DNA of 63,662 bases, filler included, from Reclinomonas americana ATCC 50394 (lineage: Eukaryota), in the NCBI GenBank assembly GCA_048213135.1. It is 10 parts of 5 records of this genome, joined end to end, with 100 filler letters (N's around TTAATTAATTAA, not from the genome) between each part and the next. Parts side by side here need not be neighbours in the genome. Positions count along the whole stretch, not along the records: positions 1 to 14,288 come from PS015426.1; 9 more parts are not named here. The stretch is one strand, 5' to 3'. Shown piece after piece: positions 1 to 13,243 of this stretch; positions within the stretch are counted from its first letter, which is position 1, and every line of letters starts with the position of its first letter. The notes beneath the pieces are model-generated. The model saw only the letters and a list, made by a program, of their open reading frames with translations, ran no database searches and was not told where the DNA came from. The translations under genes were made by a program, and so were the position numbers.

Positions 1-317
1 GAGGAGGAGGAGGAGGAAGAGATGAAGGAAGAAGGGAGACGATGAGAACAAGGAGAGGATAAGGAGAAAAGGATAAGGAGAATACAAGGAGGAGGAAGAA
101 GAGAACGACGACGACGAAAAAGAGGTGAGAGTGCAAGCGGAAGGAGGAAGCAGGGGACGATGAGAAGGAAGGAAGACGAGAACTGCGAAGAGGAGGAGGA
201 GAACACAAGGAGAAGGAGGAAGATGTGAGATGAGAAACAGGAGCCCGAGGGAGGATGCAATGCAATCAACAAGTGAGTGAGAGACAGCGTTCCTCTCATC
301 GTCTCTCACTCACTCAC

Positions 318-558
318 CTGGTCTGAGCAGCACCTGTGAGCCGCGACGAACCTTGATGGCATGCACCACCGCCTGTCGAGATTCTGCGTCAATGCACTTG
401 CTTTTCTCTCACTTTTACACGCACTCTCGTGCCACACACACACACACCATCATCACAGTGATTCCGAGTTGCGCACACACGCAGGCGGTGACTAGCTTGC
501 CAAAGGTCGTGTACTTGGCCGATCCATACTGTGAGTGGAAGAGTGAGTGAGTGGAAGA

Positions 559-609
<51 letters not shown>

Positions 610-641
610 GACACNNNNNNNNNNNNNNNNNNNNCTTGCAT
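318..641 (-). CDS. 5' exons of an unknown protein continuing off the left edge
   Basis: ATG CAA at 641, then GT-AG-bounded exons at ~450-528 and ~318-383 join in frame: MQ-YGSAKYTTFGKLVTACVCATRNHCDD-ESRQAVVHAIKVRRGSQVLLRP. No family recognised. Confidence 0.4.
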
Positions 642-841
642 GATGATTGGTTGGGAAGCAAAAGCGAACGCGGACACAGCCTCCTTTTTGGCCCGTCTTT
701 CACTGCTGTTTTGGTGCTCATAAACCAACAGCCTGTGGGTGCCGCTCCACGAGAGTCATCTCTGCGCATGGACCTTGCTCTTTTTCCGGTCCTCGCGCGC
801 TGCCCTCTGTTTTTGTGGAGCTCGCTTTGCTTCTTCCGCGC

Positions 842-3800
842 TCACAGTACGTCCGACAATGGTGACGAATTGCCAGTGGATCGGGGCATCGATGTGGGTC
901 CCTGCAGTTGCCGCAGAGTGTCCACGACTTGTTCCATGCTGTGCACAAAGCGCGAGTGAGTTTGGCATACCGGCAAATGGCAAATGGTGACGTCCACACA
1001 CCTCGGTCGCGTGGCCGGATCCAGTTGCAGGCACTGGTTTGTCAACGCAATCCACTCTTGCGGCAACGTGCTGCCGTCCTCGTCCACCGCAACATCGGCG
1101 TCACTCAGTTCCAGAGAGAGGCGACCGGTGGCGAGACCGTGCAGGACGGCCATGGGAGCCAGGCCGTTGAATGGTCGCTTGCGGGTCGCCAGTTCCCACA
1201 TAATGACGCCGAAGCTCCACACGTCGGCTGTGATGACAGGAGGAGAATGAGGACGACGAGAAGGCAGTGGGTGGGCAGAAGATGGCGAAGGCGGTGCACG
1301 TGTGAAGGAGTGAAGCCCACGATGCAGAATGGTCACATCACATTTTGTTCCCACAAGCCGAGGTGGAGCGATCGAGGAGCAGGTCTCGCAAACCCACACA
1401 AGAGAGAAAGGCGTGCCGTTGGAGCAACAAATATATGGTAAGCGAGAAGAGGAACATGAAGACGACATGAGTGAACAATGAAGAAGACGTGGTGGCGGAA
1501 CTCAGACGAAGGAAGAACACGTGAAGGAGTGAAGCCCACAACACACGACGCTCACGTCACATTTTGCAGGTGATTTGGATGTGAGCGCAGCATCACAACC
1601 TACGTGAAAGAAAGGTGCATCGTTGGAGCTACGATAAGACAAAGCGAAGAAGAGGAGCATGAAGACGACATGAGTGAACAAATGAAACAGAAGAGGAGGC
1701 GAAACTCAGGTAAAGACGCGAATAGAGGACGAGTGTCCCTGTGTTCACGTTGCACTCGCGCACATTTTGCAGGTGCGAGCGCAGCATCACAACCTACGTG
1801 AAAGAAGGGCGCATCGTTGGAGCTACGATAAGACAAAGCGAGAAGAGGAACATGTAAACGACATGAGTGAATAATGAAACAGAAGTGGAGGCGAAACTCA
1901 GGTAAAGGAGGCGAATAACGAATGTCGCGCCCTGTTCGCACTGCTCCTCCATATGTTGCAAAAGGATAGCATGTGAGCAGCATCGAAACACACGTCAAAG
2001 AAGGGTGCATCGTTGGGAACAGGCATTGCGAGTGCACTGAGAGAGAATTCCACCCCTCTTTCCCCATCAAACTCTTTCCCCACCCCTCTTCTCCCCACAC
2101 ACGCACCTTGCGTCGAGTACCGCGCTCCCTGCGCCAGCTCTGGCGACATGTACTGCGGCGTGCCGACACGCGTCATTGTCGCCGTGGACTCCTGCAGACG
2201 TGCGAGTCCGTAGTCGCCGACTTTTGGAGTCCACGAGTGAGTCAGGAAGACGTTGTCGCTCTTGACGTCGCGGTGCACTCTGCAGCAAGAGAATCAGGAT
2301 GTCTCTCCGGTTACCTCGTCACTCTGGTATTCTGATTGTGCATCTCGATCTCCCTCGCCCCTCACCCTCTCTCTCTCTCTCTCTCTCTCTGTCTTCTCAT
2401 TCAACGCAACAATGGCGGCTGCAATGTGTGCAGGTAGTGCAGGCCACGCGCCACGCCCAGTGCAATCGACACGGCCATTGTCGGCGTGATGGGATCTTGT
2501 CGAAACCGCACTGGATCCAGGCAGTCAGCAAGACTGCCGCGTTCGGCGAACTCGGTAATAAGAGCATTCTGCAACCGCGTCAAAGTCATTCAGAAACAGA
2601 GAAAGGACAGCGGCGAGATATATTCACACGCACATCCGACTCGGTGATCATGACACCGAGGCACGAGAGGAGGTTGGGGTGGCGCAGCGAGGCCATGACA
2701 CGCACTTCGCCAGCGAATTGCTGCATCAAGTCTGCCATGTATTCGTCCTTCGCCTCCGAGTGACCCAGTTGCCTGCAGTGCGAAAGACAAGAAAGTTACT
2801 CTATCCCGTTCCCATTCCACTCTCTTCTTTGGCGCTGTCTTCTCTCTCCCTGGGCCTCTTGTTTCCTTCTTCTCTTCATCTCTCGGACCCTCATATCTCT
2901 CTCTCTCACTCACTCTCTCCCTCTCTCTTTCTTTCTCTCTCTCTCTCACACACACACACGCACAAACTCACTCTCTTCTCACTATCACTGACTTTTCGAT
3001 CTCTTTCTCTCATAGCTTGTCTTCTTCCTTCTCATTCTTCCTTACTCTGCACCCGCACGCACCATGGAACCCGAAAGCACTTGACAGCCACACGCACACC
3101 GTGCCACGTGCCCAAGTACACGTCACCGAATGCGCCCGCACCGACACGTCGCCCGACGACAATGTCTTGCGGCTGGATGATTTGTACGCGCACGTCGTTG
3201 GGCCCGTAGCGCATGTCGAGTTGCTTGTCGGGTTGGGTAATGTACTGTACGTGCGTGGCAGAGAGGTGAGAATCGCAGGCGCGAGAGACTCGTGGATAGA
3301 AAAGTCGACGCACTCGCAAAAGTCGAGCGACGGCCGCCGATTCAGCCATCTCCATGCTGCTGTTGATGCGAATGCGCGGACTGCCCGGTGGTGTGAGCAG
3401 CGGCGATCCCTCAGACAGATAGGCTGATGCAGGATACTGGCGACTTTCTTCGATGAGGAAGAGCACCACGGTGAAGAAGCTGCAGAGGGGGACACGTAAT
3501 CAGCGACGAGTGTGCTCGGCAGAGAGACGAGACACGCACCCTAGTGTCACTGTCACGTCGTCGAGCTGCCGCGGAGAGGTGGTGATTGAGGGTAAGTGAT
3601 TGAGGGTATACAAGGCGAAGAAAAGGCACGAGCAAGTCACCAGTGTCAGGCAGTTGAGCGTGTTGTCGCCAGTGGGTGCCAGCAGCCGCGGGTTGGGATC
3701 GGGAGTCTGCAGCGGTTGGTGAGGTTAGCAGCAAGAAAGGAGCGAAACGCCTTCTTACCACTACGCACCGCATGAGCCAAAGGGACGCAGAGTGCGGCGG

Positions 3801-6760
3801 TAAACGCCAAGATGAGCAGGCAGTACGCGGTGCACATGAGCTCCCACAGGCCAGCGCGCGCGGACAGGGAATTGAGGAGTGCAACAAGTGCCAGTGCGGC
3901 GAGGAAGGAGGAGAGGGCGGCGAAGGCGTAGTGCGAGGCCGGGCGGTGGAGGAGGCTCTGTGGAATAGGGATAGTAGGGGAAGGGGTGGTGGGGGAAGGG
4001 GTGGAGGGGGAAGGGATGGAAAGGGGAAGGGATGATGTGGGAGTTGGCGATGAGAGACGAAGTGAAGGCGGAAGGGATGAGGAGGATGAGGAGGGAAGAG
4101 ATGCAGAGGGGGGAATGAAGAAGGAGGGAACGATGGGGGAAGGGATGATGAGAGATGAGATCATGAGGGTAGAATGGGGAGAAACCGGATGAAGAAGAAG
4201 GAATGGTAGAGAACGGATGATAAGGGAAGGGATTATGTGGGTAGTGGAAAACAGAGATGAAGTGAAGACAGAAGAAATGATCAGTAAAGGGATGAGGAGT
4301 GACTGGATGATGAGAGAAGTAATGCTGCGAGAACGGACGACGGGGAATGGACGATGAAGGAAAGGATGAGGAAGGAAGGGAAGATAAGCAAAGAGTTAAT
4401 GAGGAAAGGAATGATGAGGAAAGGGATGCTCAGAGGGAAACGAAGAAACAAAGGAAGGGCAAAAAGAGAGCAGAAGGGAGTGAAGGGAGATGCTGTGGGA
4501 ACTATCGTGAGGGAAGAGATGGTGAGAAAGGGAAGATATCGTAAGGAAACGGTTGAAGAAGAAGGAATGGTAGAGAGCAGAGAGGAGCAGGGAAGGGATG
4601 AAGAGATATAAGGTTCGCCAAGGAAGGGAAAAAAGAGAGGGAAGTGAGGGAGAAAGTTCAAAGAGTTTAGGCGCGACTCATGAAGGCGAGCAACGCAGAG
4701 CATGTGCATGAGAACGAATGATTCGAAGTCAAATTGGGAAGATTGACGAGCGACATTGCAGGAGTGTGTGAGTCAATCCCGCACTTACCGCCGCCAACAC
4801 GGCCCACAAGCCCATGATCGCACCGACAGCAATGTTGATGACCCACGGCCTCAGAACCCTGTCGAGGCGCGACGGCTTGTGCCAACGTGCGCAGAGGGCG
4901 CGGCAGAAGCCAATCTTGCGTGGTGGCGGTGGTCGAGTTCGTGACAGCGTCGCGGTCACCGCGTAGGCGATCATAAAATACTGCATGCAGCGTGTGTGAG
5001 AGCGACGAACAGCAAGCGGGAATGAAAGAATGAGGAGACCTGAGAAAAGAAGGAAAACTGCGAGTACTGTGTGAGACCGTCGACGTGGAACCACCTGCCA
5101 TGAGCAGAGAAGGTGAGGTTTGATGACAAGACAAGGGGAGGGGAAAAGGGAGAGTTTTTCACACCTGCCAATGAGCATCATCAGCCAGAGCATCTGTGTG
5201 AGAGAGGATTTGAGAGGCTGTATGCATTGTGTGTGAGAGAGAGAGGTGTCAAGAGAGAGCACCGTTGACACCGCCAGGAACGCGGCATGCTCTGCACGTG
5301 GAGGAATGAGGACAAGTGAGGGAGGGTGCGAGTGAGCGTTGCTCACCAGTGCGAATGGCCAGGCGCCCCGATGGTGCTCGTTTCCACGTCAGGTAGCCCT
5401 GTCGGACAAGGTCGGTGGGGAAGGGAGAGGGAGAAGAGATGGAGGGAAGCGGGGAAGGGAATGGGAGAGGGAGAGCACGGAGGCTACCCACTACATCTCA
5501 CTCTCTTCTTTCTTGAGAGAGAGGCGGACAACTGTGAGAACGGGAAATGTTCTCATCTGTTGGAAATGCGCTGTCTTCTCACGTTCGTGTTGCTGTCTCC
5601 GCGAGCTGTACTCTGCGTGCCACTGAACACATTTGTAGGAAGGGGGACCACAGCGAGAGAGTGAACTCTTACTGTGCGGTCTTGAGACGAGAAGACAGAA
5701 GGAAATAAGGAGAAAGTAGAAGAGAGAGAGGGAGAGAGAGAGAGAGGAAAAAGATAAACCATCTCGCGCTGACCTGTGCCTCAAACTCTGCACAGTACGG
5801 CGCTTGACTCAGCACGAGGGAAAGCTCTTCACGTTACTGCCTGCGATACGGCGTTCTCCTTCGATGACCGCTGTGCACACTTGCACTCCTGCCCTCCTGT
5901 CTCCTGCAGCTTGACAACTCTTTGCCTCCAGCAGCGCTGCTGCGAGGACAAGTTCGCACTTCTTGTCCGACTTTTTGCACATCAATCTGCATGCATGATT
6001 TGCACTGATTCTCTCTCTCTCGCTCTCTCTCTCTCTTCGCACACACGGACAACATGATTAACACAATCAGGTACGCTGCCTCAAGCATGCAGAATCTGTC
6101 TCCATGCATAATCCCTCTCGCTCTCACTCTGACTCTCACTTCCACATATTCTCTCGCTCTCTCTCTTTCTCTCTCTCTNNNNNNNNNNNNNNNNNNNNNN
6201 NNNNNNNNNNNNNNNNNNNNNNNNNNNNNNNNNNNNNNNNNNNNNNNNNNNNNNNNNNNNNNNNNNNNNNNNNNNNNNNNNNNNNNNNNNNNNNNNNNNN
6301 NNNNNNNNNNNNNNNNNNNNNNNNNNNNNNNNNNNNNNNNNNNNNNNNNNNNNNNNNNNNNNNNNNNNNNNNNNNNNNNNNNNNNNNNNNNNNNNNNNNN
6401 NNNNNNNNNNNNNNNNNNNNNNNNNNNNNNNNNNNNNNNNNNNNNNNNGCGAACACCCAAACGCACATACCACATCTTGTTCTCACTGCTTTCACCCATT
6501 TCCCTCTTCCTCTCCTTCCCCTCCTTTCCTCCCCTTCTCTCTCCCTCTCACTCTCTCACTCACCAACACCGCACACACTAAAGTCTGCGTGAGAATCGTG
6601 CACGCAGAGATGATGCCGAACCACGTGAAGCCACCGACCTGCAAAGAGATGAGCACACACACAGAGAGAGAGAGAGAGAGAACATGCAGAGACAAAACTC
6701 CTTCATAGTAGATGTCGTAGCACCAGGTGCTTGACATGCGACTCAGTCTGCTTCGTGTCT
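842..6760 (-). CDS. Seven-transmembrane protein fused to a C-terminal TKL-group protein kinase (multi-exon)
   Basis: Spliced kinase motifs: [77 protein letters not shown] at 842-844. Upstream exons join in frame into seven hydrophobic segments (first exon 6564-6638). The kinase call is firm; the TM splicing is inferred. Confidence 0.8.
1240..2040. repeat. Degenerate tandem repeat (~190 bp unit) inside a kinase intron
   Basis: Recurrent GCATCGTTGGAGCTACGATAAGACAAAGCGA, GAAGACGACATGAGTGAA, CACATTTTGCAGGTG and GCAGCATCACAACCTACGTGAAAGAA. Confidence 0.8.
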
Positions 6761-9330
6761 GTGTCGGTCGGAAAAATAGCGCGGGACATGACAACTCGCC
6801 GTGCACAACAGCACCTTTGTCGCTCTCTTATGGAAGCGAGCGCGCTCACTGTTGCGTACACACAAGCAGTGCAGCGCTGATTCTAAGTGGTCAGCTGCAC
6901 ATTGTCCTCTCTCATGATCTCGACGTCGCGGTACGTGCTTTCTCTGTACATGTACAACAGGCATTGCGATTCATTCATTGATTTTTCGTATTCATACAGT
7001 ACCGAGTGCGGCAGCAATAATTGATTCTGCACCGCAACCGCAGCGCTGCGTATCGCGCGCCACGTTGATTTTCACCACTTCGAGCTCGAAAACTCTTGAT
7101 ACTTGTTCCAGTCGGCGCTTGGCGGCGGTGCTGCTGCAGGTGGCGGAGGCGGTGGTGGTGGAGGCGGTGGTGGAGGTGGTGCTGCTGAAGCATAATTGAC
7201 GGGCGCACCAGGACCGCCGGCAGCCATGAAGCCGGGGACAGCCGGCATCAGTGTGGCGATGATGAGGAAGGCGCCAATGGTGGGATCCTCGGGGCACGCG
7301 ATGCGAGTGCCGACGCTAGACAACTGCACAAACTCGGATGGCGGCATCGATGGCACCGGCAGGTGGGCTTCTCCTGACGCGTACGGGGAGCGAGCGCGCC
7401 ACGGCTCGGAGGCTGTATTCAGGGGAAGGGATGAGAAAAGATTCACAGCGAGGGAGAGAGAGAAACATGAACAGGGAAAAGAAGGGAGGCAGTCCTGGTT
7501 CACATGTGCAAGATATCCATGGGAGCATGAGGAAGATAGGGTGCAAGAGGAAACGGGACAGTAGGAGAGGATTTGGAAGGTGTGACGCGTAGATCTAGAG
7601 GACTGTACACGTGAAGCGCAAAGGTGTGAGTCAGTGGACGTGCAGACTCTCCAGAAGCGGGCATTAACAGAAGGGAGGAGAAAAGATCTTGAGTTGTCTC
7701 TGGTGTGTGATTTCGCAACTCAGAGCACACTTGACCGATCCCCCTCGGAACAGCATGTCGAGGGTGACGGCAACAGTGGACCAGCAGGGCACAAAACTCT
7801 CAAGCGCATACACGCTGCGTATGGAATGCAAGAGTGAGGGAGAGACAGGAGAGCGCAGTCGTATAAAGAGAAACGACGAAACTTGTGGAGATCCTCCAGC
7901 TTTTGTCCGTGGGCAGCCACCATGGTCTTCACCGCGTGCGACGCGTAGAGGACTGTGCACATGACGCAAAGGCGCGAGTCAGTGATATGCAATCTCTCAA
8001 TTGATTGGCAAGCGGCTGGCCAACGGAAGGGAGGAGAAAGTGAACAAGCTGAGTCGCAGTGTTCGAAGCAGCGTGTCACAGCAAGTCACTCCCGGCGAAG
8101 CGGAGGACGACGAGTTCAGAGGAAAACAGAAGGGGAAAGAAGAGATTAACTCCTAATTGGCATGCAGTGGGTGATCTCGCGCTCTCACTGCGCTTGGAAT
8201 ACCAAGAGTTTCGAATTCGAATGAGATGCTCGACAGCGACAGCTCGTGATGTGCGCTGTTCGACTTGCATGCACGCATCTCTGACCCCCAACCCCAAAAG
8301 AATCTGTGCTGTGTGCAGTGACTGGTGACAAGCTTGTACATGCTGCAAAAGAAGAAAAGAGGTGCCGAAAGGCTACTCAAATTTGCGAACGTGTCAGAGA
8401 TGACAACTTGTGACACGCTCTCTCAATACTCAAGTAATCTCCCTCTCTCTCCCAGACTCTCTCTCCTCCCTCCTTATATTGTGAATGCAACATCGCTATC
8501 GTTCGGTCACTGCACCCACTGCGCAGCGTTGCGCTGTGTCGACACACAAGTCACTCTGGACAAGCTGGTGAGCTCTCCCACTGCGCAATGTGTGGCGCAT
8601 ACAGCGCATAGAACCCTAGTATGGGGAGGAGGGAGGAGGAGGAGGAGGAGGAGGAGGAAGAGGAGAAGGTGCTGCAGGAGACCCCCAAGATCTCATCTTG
8701 ACTGGTGTCGCATCTCTCTCGTCTAACAAGGATTCATGGTCAAAGTGCTCCTCGCCTGTCACCCACGCACTCTAGCACTCTCCCCACATTCGTGCAGCTC
8801 GTGATGGCCGTGCAGAAAAGAGTGAGAGAACAAAGAGAAACGGACGGGAGGGAGAGGCCGCTGTAGGGAGAGTGAGAGAGAGAGAACGAGGGCAACAGGC
8901 ATGCAGACTCAGAGCCAGAGACAGAGAGAGAGAGAGAGAGAGTCTCGTTCCTCCCTCCCTCCCACCACCACTGCACCACTCACCTTTGCAGTCGGTGTCG
9001 ACCAGCAACACGATACCGGGAAACGTGGCGTAATTGGCCTCCAACATGGTAATCAGCGCCGGCACAAACATGCGGCTGCTACGAAGCCGGCGCGGAGACA
9101 TGACAAGTAGTGAGTCCACCGTGAACGGCACTCCCGACAACGACGACGCCGACGACGACGACACAATATGCGTGTTCGGTGTGCACGATCCGAACATGCC
9201 CGGAACAAACGATTGCTGCGGCACTGGCGGCGGTGGAGGGGGCGGTGGAGTCGGTGGTGGTGCAACGACCGTTGGAATGATCGAGAACAATGGTGGTGCA
9301 CAGCTCTCCCCAGCAAAGGTTGCCTGCAGG
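6761..9330 (-). CDS. Probable further upstream exons (putative ectodomain of the 7TM kinase, or a separate gene)
   Basis: GC-rich blocks bounded by plausible splice sites, e.g. VLYASHAVKTMVAAHGQKLEDLH, VYALESFVPCWSTVAVTLDMLFRGGSVKCAL, FVPALITMLEANYATFPGIVLLVDTDCK, with Cys and Pro/Thr-rich linkers. I could not build one continuous frame. Confidence 0.35.
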
Positions 9331-9621
9331 AGATAACAAGTCAGTTGCAAACTCCGCGGACGAAAAAATCCCATGAGCCAATAAAAAAACGTTCGCGAAT
9401 GTGCAGTGCCCTGACGACAACACTCCTTCTGCACACGTACAAAAAGACATTGCTCTGTTTTCACGGTGTGTGTTCGCCTCACTCGTTCTTCATCTTCCCG
9501 CGCGGCTTCACGCGCGCACAGGCACGCGCTCGACGCTGCGCAAGCATTGTGATTGTAATATTCCCCTCCCATTCGTATTGACTGGACACACCACTCTGTC
9601 TTCGCAGTATCGGTTGTCTTT

Positions 9622-10514
9622 CTACTTTGTGCAGCTCTCTATATATTTCCCACTGATGCTGTCTGCACCATACTCTGCGCTGTCCTCTCTCCCTCTCACA
9701 CCCACGATTGCAAGCGAACATACCGGTTGGCGGCGACAATGTCGTTTTCTATGCGGGGGGCCGGCGTCCTCCTCGTGCACCTCTTCCTGCTTGCCATGTT
9801 GGTCGTCGTCGTCGCCACCACCATCGCCAATGGTGAGTCGAGTGCGCTTCAACAGTGCGCGTCTGTCCTCGCTCGCCACCTGCGCATGCATGCGCAATGG
9901 CAGCAGTGGAGGAGTGGTACCGGTGACATCGGCGAGGCGACTCGGCGGCTCAGCACCATGTGCGCGAATCCACCGACGCTCCTTGGCGCGACGGTTTTGG
10001 AACCAGATCGCCACCACCTTACTGTGGAGAGAGAGAGAGGGAAAGTGAGTGTCGATACGGAAAGATTCAACCTCTCGCACAGAGGAGTGCGCTACGGAGT
10101 GACGTGATCAAGACGCAACGAGGTGAGGTTGAGGTCGGCGGCTATGCGCGCCTTCTCTAGTGACGACGGGTACCGAGTGTGCGTGAAAAGGCACTCCAGT
10201 GCTTGCCTCTGTTTTGGTTTGTTTTTGCAGTGTGAGGGATACTTTTTTGGGAGGAAATCATCATGTCAATACGCGCGCACACACACACCTCTTGCTTGGT
10301 GAGTCGGCGTGAGGTCCACTCCTGCAGCAGCACGCGCATTCAGAGAACGTGTGTGGCACAGGGAGAGAGAGAGAGGAGATACCTGGACAAGCTTGTCGTC
10401 GTTGCCGTTCTCCTTCTCCCTCTGCTCCTCCTCGAGCTCCTCCTCCTCCTCCTCGGCCTCACAGTCATGGTACTCGCGCATGAGAGTGGGCGCATACGTC
10501 ATCGGGGCGTTCAT
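9622..10514 (-). CDS. Homeodomain transcription factor (non-TALE, Q50)
   Basis: Four exons splice to an acidic N-terminus plus EWTSRRLTKQE-RQALECLFTHTRYPSSLEEARIAADLNLTS-KVVAIWFQNRRAKERR, with the helix-3 WFQNRR signature. The 3' end is uncertain. Confidence 0.85.
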
Positions 10515-12001
10515 CTCGCTGCAGCAGCACCTTGCCTCCTCTCTCTCACAAAGAAGAAAAAAGAACACGATGCGCACCGTCGACGGAAATGGCAACATGT
10601 GATTTTGTTTTTTTGCCACATGTCGCCCACCGACGCCACCGGCAAACGCCGGCTGGCTGCGATTCGCGAGATGAACACCTTGTGCTTGTAATGCATGCCA
10701 AGACAGAGGCTGTGTGTGTGTGCGATTTTCTCACGAATATGCACTGCGGCATTTTTATTCATCAAACCAAACAGTGGCATTTCGGAGTGAGCGGCCGCAT
10801 AACGTAACGCCGGCGGGGGGGGGTTCCGGAGGCACAGACCGTTGTTCTCCGTCAATACACGATTGGCTGTTTTCTGTGGGGCGCGTGACCATGCATGACA
10901 TTCAGAGGCGCAGCGTGCGGATATCGATGCAATCTTGTTTTCGGTCACAAGGGAGTGTACACTTTAGTGCTCGCTGCGCTGCGCCTGCTCGACGCACGAA
11001 CAGGGAGCGAGCGCTGCGGAACGGGTTGTGCACACTTTGTGGTGTGGGTGGGTCTTCACGGCCAGATGATGCTGTGAAGTTCTGCGTGCATACGTCAATG
11101 TGTTGTGTGGCGCCAACAGCGATACCTGTAAGTTTCACTGCTCGCTGCGCAGCGATACCGCAACGCTGAGGTGGCCGCCTGTGGCGCTTGGTGATGTAAC
11201 CGCCGCTGTGGAAGCGGAGACTACCACGCCAACCCCGCCTTTGCCGGTTCGAGGAGGGTTTGGCGACCACAGCCGGACTGAATTTTATTCAATCAAAAAA
11301 TCGGCGAAACGTTCCGGTCGCCGATATAAATCACGATCGATTGGGCATGATGTGTCGCTGCCCTCGACCTCGACGTGGCCGCTTGGTGCCTCGCAGTCCT
11401 GCGGTTGGCCACATCATGCCACAGATGGCGACCATTGACAATAATAACGAACGATAAAGTGCATTTGTGCGCGCGTGGGGGACGACGACGAATATCATTT
11501 CGATATCTCAAATTTACTGGGTCAGCGTCGAACACGCAGAGCAGCGCAACGCATCACGCCGCCGGTATCCGTGGCAAAAAAGGCTAAGCTTGTCAATCAA
11601 TCTGAGCACAATGCTGCGCAAGGTAAAACGTTGGCGCAGCCTCGCCTTGATCGCGCAACGGTCATGTCGCGACGGAAATGATGGTCATGGCGCAGTGTGG
11701 CCAAGGCAATCAAGGGTCGACCACACGCCAAAGGCCGCCGAACGAGCGCCACGCACTGCGGCCGCTCCGGATCCGCCCGAGCTCTCGACAGCCAATATAT
11801 GATACGCCCGCCAGCGCTGCGACTGATTCACGCTGCTATGCGGTCTCTGCCTGTCGTGTACATGCCCACCGATAGGGCAGTGTGGAGGAGTGGCGAGCGC
11901 AGAGGTGGTGTTCGTCGGAAATGATGGGGCAAATATATCTTGCGCGCCGGTATCGAATCAGTGACGTCGACACGACTGAGTTGTCTCGGGTGTCGAGAGG
12001 A

Positions 12002-12035
<34 letters not shown>

Positions 12036-12239
12036 GAGGAGGAGAGAGGAGAGAGAGGAGGAGAAGAACAACGACGGACGGCGAGAGAGTACGTAGTAGT
12101 AGTACTACGTAGTAGGAAGGAAGGAAGGAAGCGTCGTACGAAGGAACGTCGTCGGTTTCGTTTGTTGGNNNNNNNNNNNNNNNNNNNNGAGAGAGAGGGA
12201 GAGGGAGAGAGGAAGGAGAGAAGGAGGAGGAGGAAACAA

Positions 12240-13190
12240 ACACAGGGCTCGAGAGATCGATGATCATGAGAGAGAAGAGCTCGAGAAGACTGGCTTGTTT
12301 GTGGCAGAGTTGGCCTCGAGTTGTTTGTTCATTCACTCGGCCATCATGTCCACCACACCACCACAAGCGAGGGGAGGAGAGAAATGAGGAGGAAGACCTG
12401 TTTTCGACACTCAGTACAACTTGGATCGAAGAGAGAAAGAAAGAGAAAGACTGAGTTGTTTGCTCAATGACTCCATCACCAGATGCACCACCACCAACAG
12501 CAGTAGAGAGAGGAGAGAGAGAGAGAGGAGGAGGAGGAAGACCTGTGTTCGACACTCAGGACAACTTGGATCGAGGAGAGAAGACTGAGGTTCTTGAAGA
12601 CAAGAGTCAGCCTCGAGTTGTTTCTTGCTAATTCGACCACCAGATCCACCACCGCCATCACCACAGGCGAGGAGAGGAGGGAGAGAGGAAGGAGGAAAGA
12701 ATCGCAGGACAACTTGGATCGCTCATGAGTGCATTGTACAGAGAGAAGACTGAAGATTACGAGTCTGCCTCGAGTTGTTTGCTCACACCATATCCACCAC
12801 CACTGCCACAAACGAGGAGAGGGAGAGGAGAAGTTCGAACGACCTGTTTTCGTCGCGGAGGACATCTTTTATCGATTTGACGACGTCGAGAGAAGCCTGA
12901 GTTTCTTGGATCCAGAGACGGCTTCGATGATTTGCTCACTGACTGGATCACCAGATGCACCACCACCACCATCACCACCACCACACCGAGGAGAGGAGAG
13001 ATGCAGGAGGAAAAATCGATATCGCAGGACAACTTGGATCACAGAGAGAGAGAGAGAGAGGAGGGAGAGACTGAGTTGCTTGCTCTCTGACTCGATCATC
13101 ATATCCACATCCGCCACCACCAACAGCAACAGAGAGAGGAAGTCGCATCGACCGGTTTTTGACTCTCAGGACAACTTGGATCACTCACTC
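12240..13190. repeat. Degenerate intergenic tandem array
   Basis: Repeated CAGGACAACTTGGATC, CCTCGAGTTGTTT and CCAGATGCACCACCACC motifs separated by GA-rich tracts. Confidence 0.75.
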
Positions 13191-13243
13191 AGACAGAGAG
13201 AGAGAGAGAGAGAACGAGAGAGAGAGTTAGAGAGAGAGAGAGA

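Noticed and set aside
2405..2415. Non-GT (TT) donors, reading G|TTGCG
   Set aside because: Keeping that G in the exon frameshifts the conserved motif (LVHRD here). GT-AG boundaries preserve the frame at the sites tested.
7072..7300. Formin/WASP-like polyproline ORF
   Set aside because: It comes from a (CCA/CCG)n tract that reads equally well as a Thr/Ser linker. The frame is unresolved and no FH2 or WH2 domain is adjacent.
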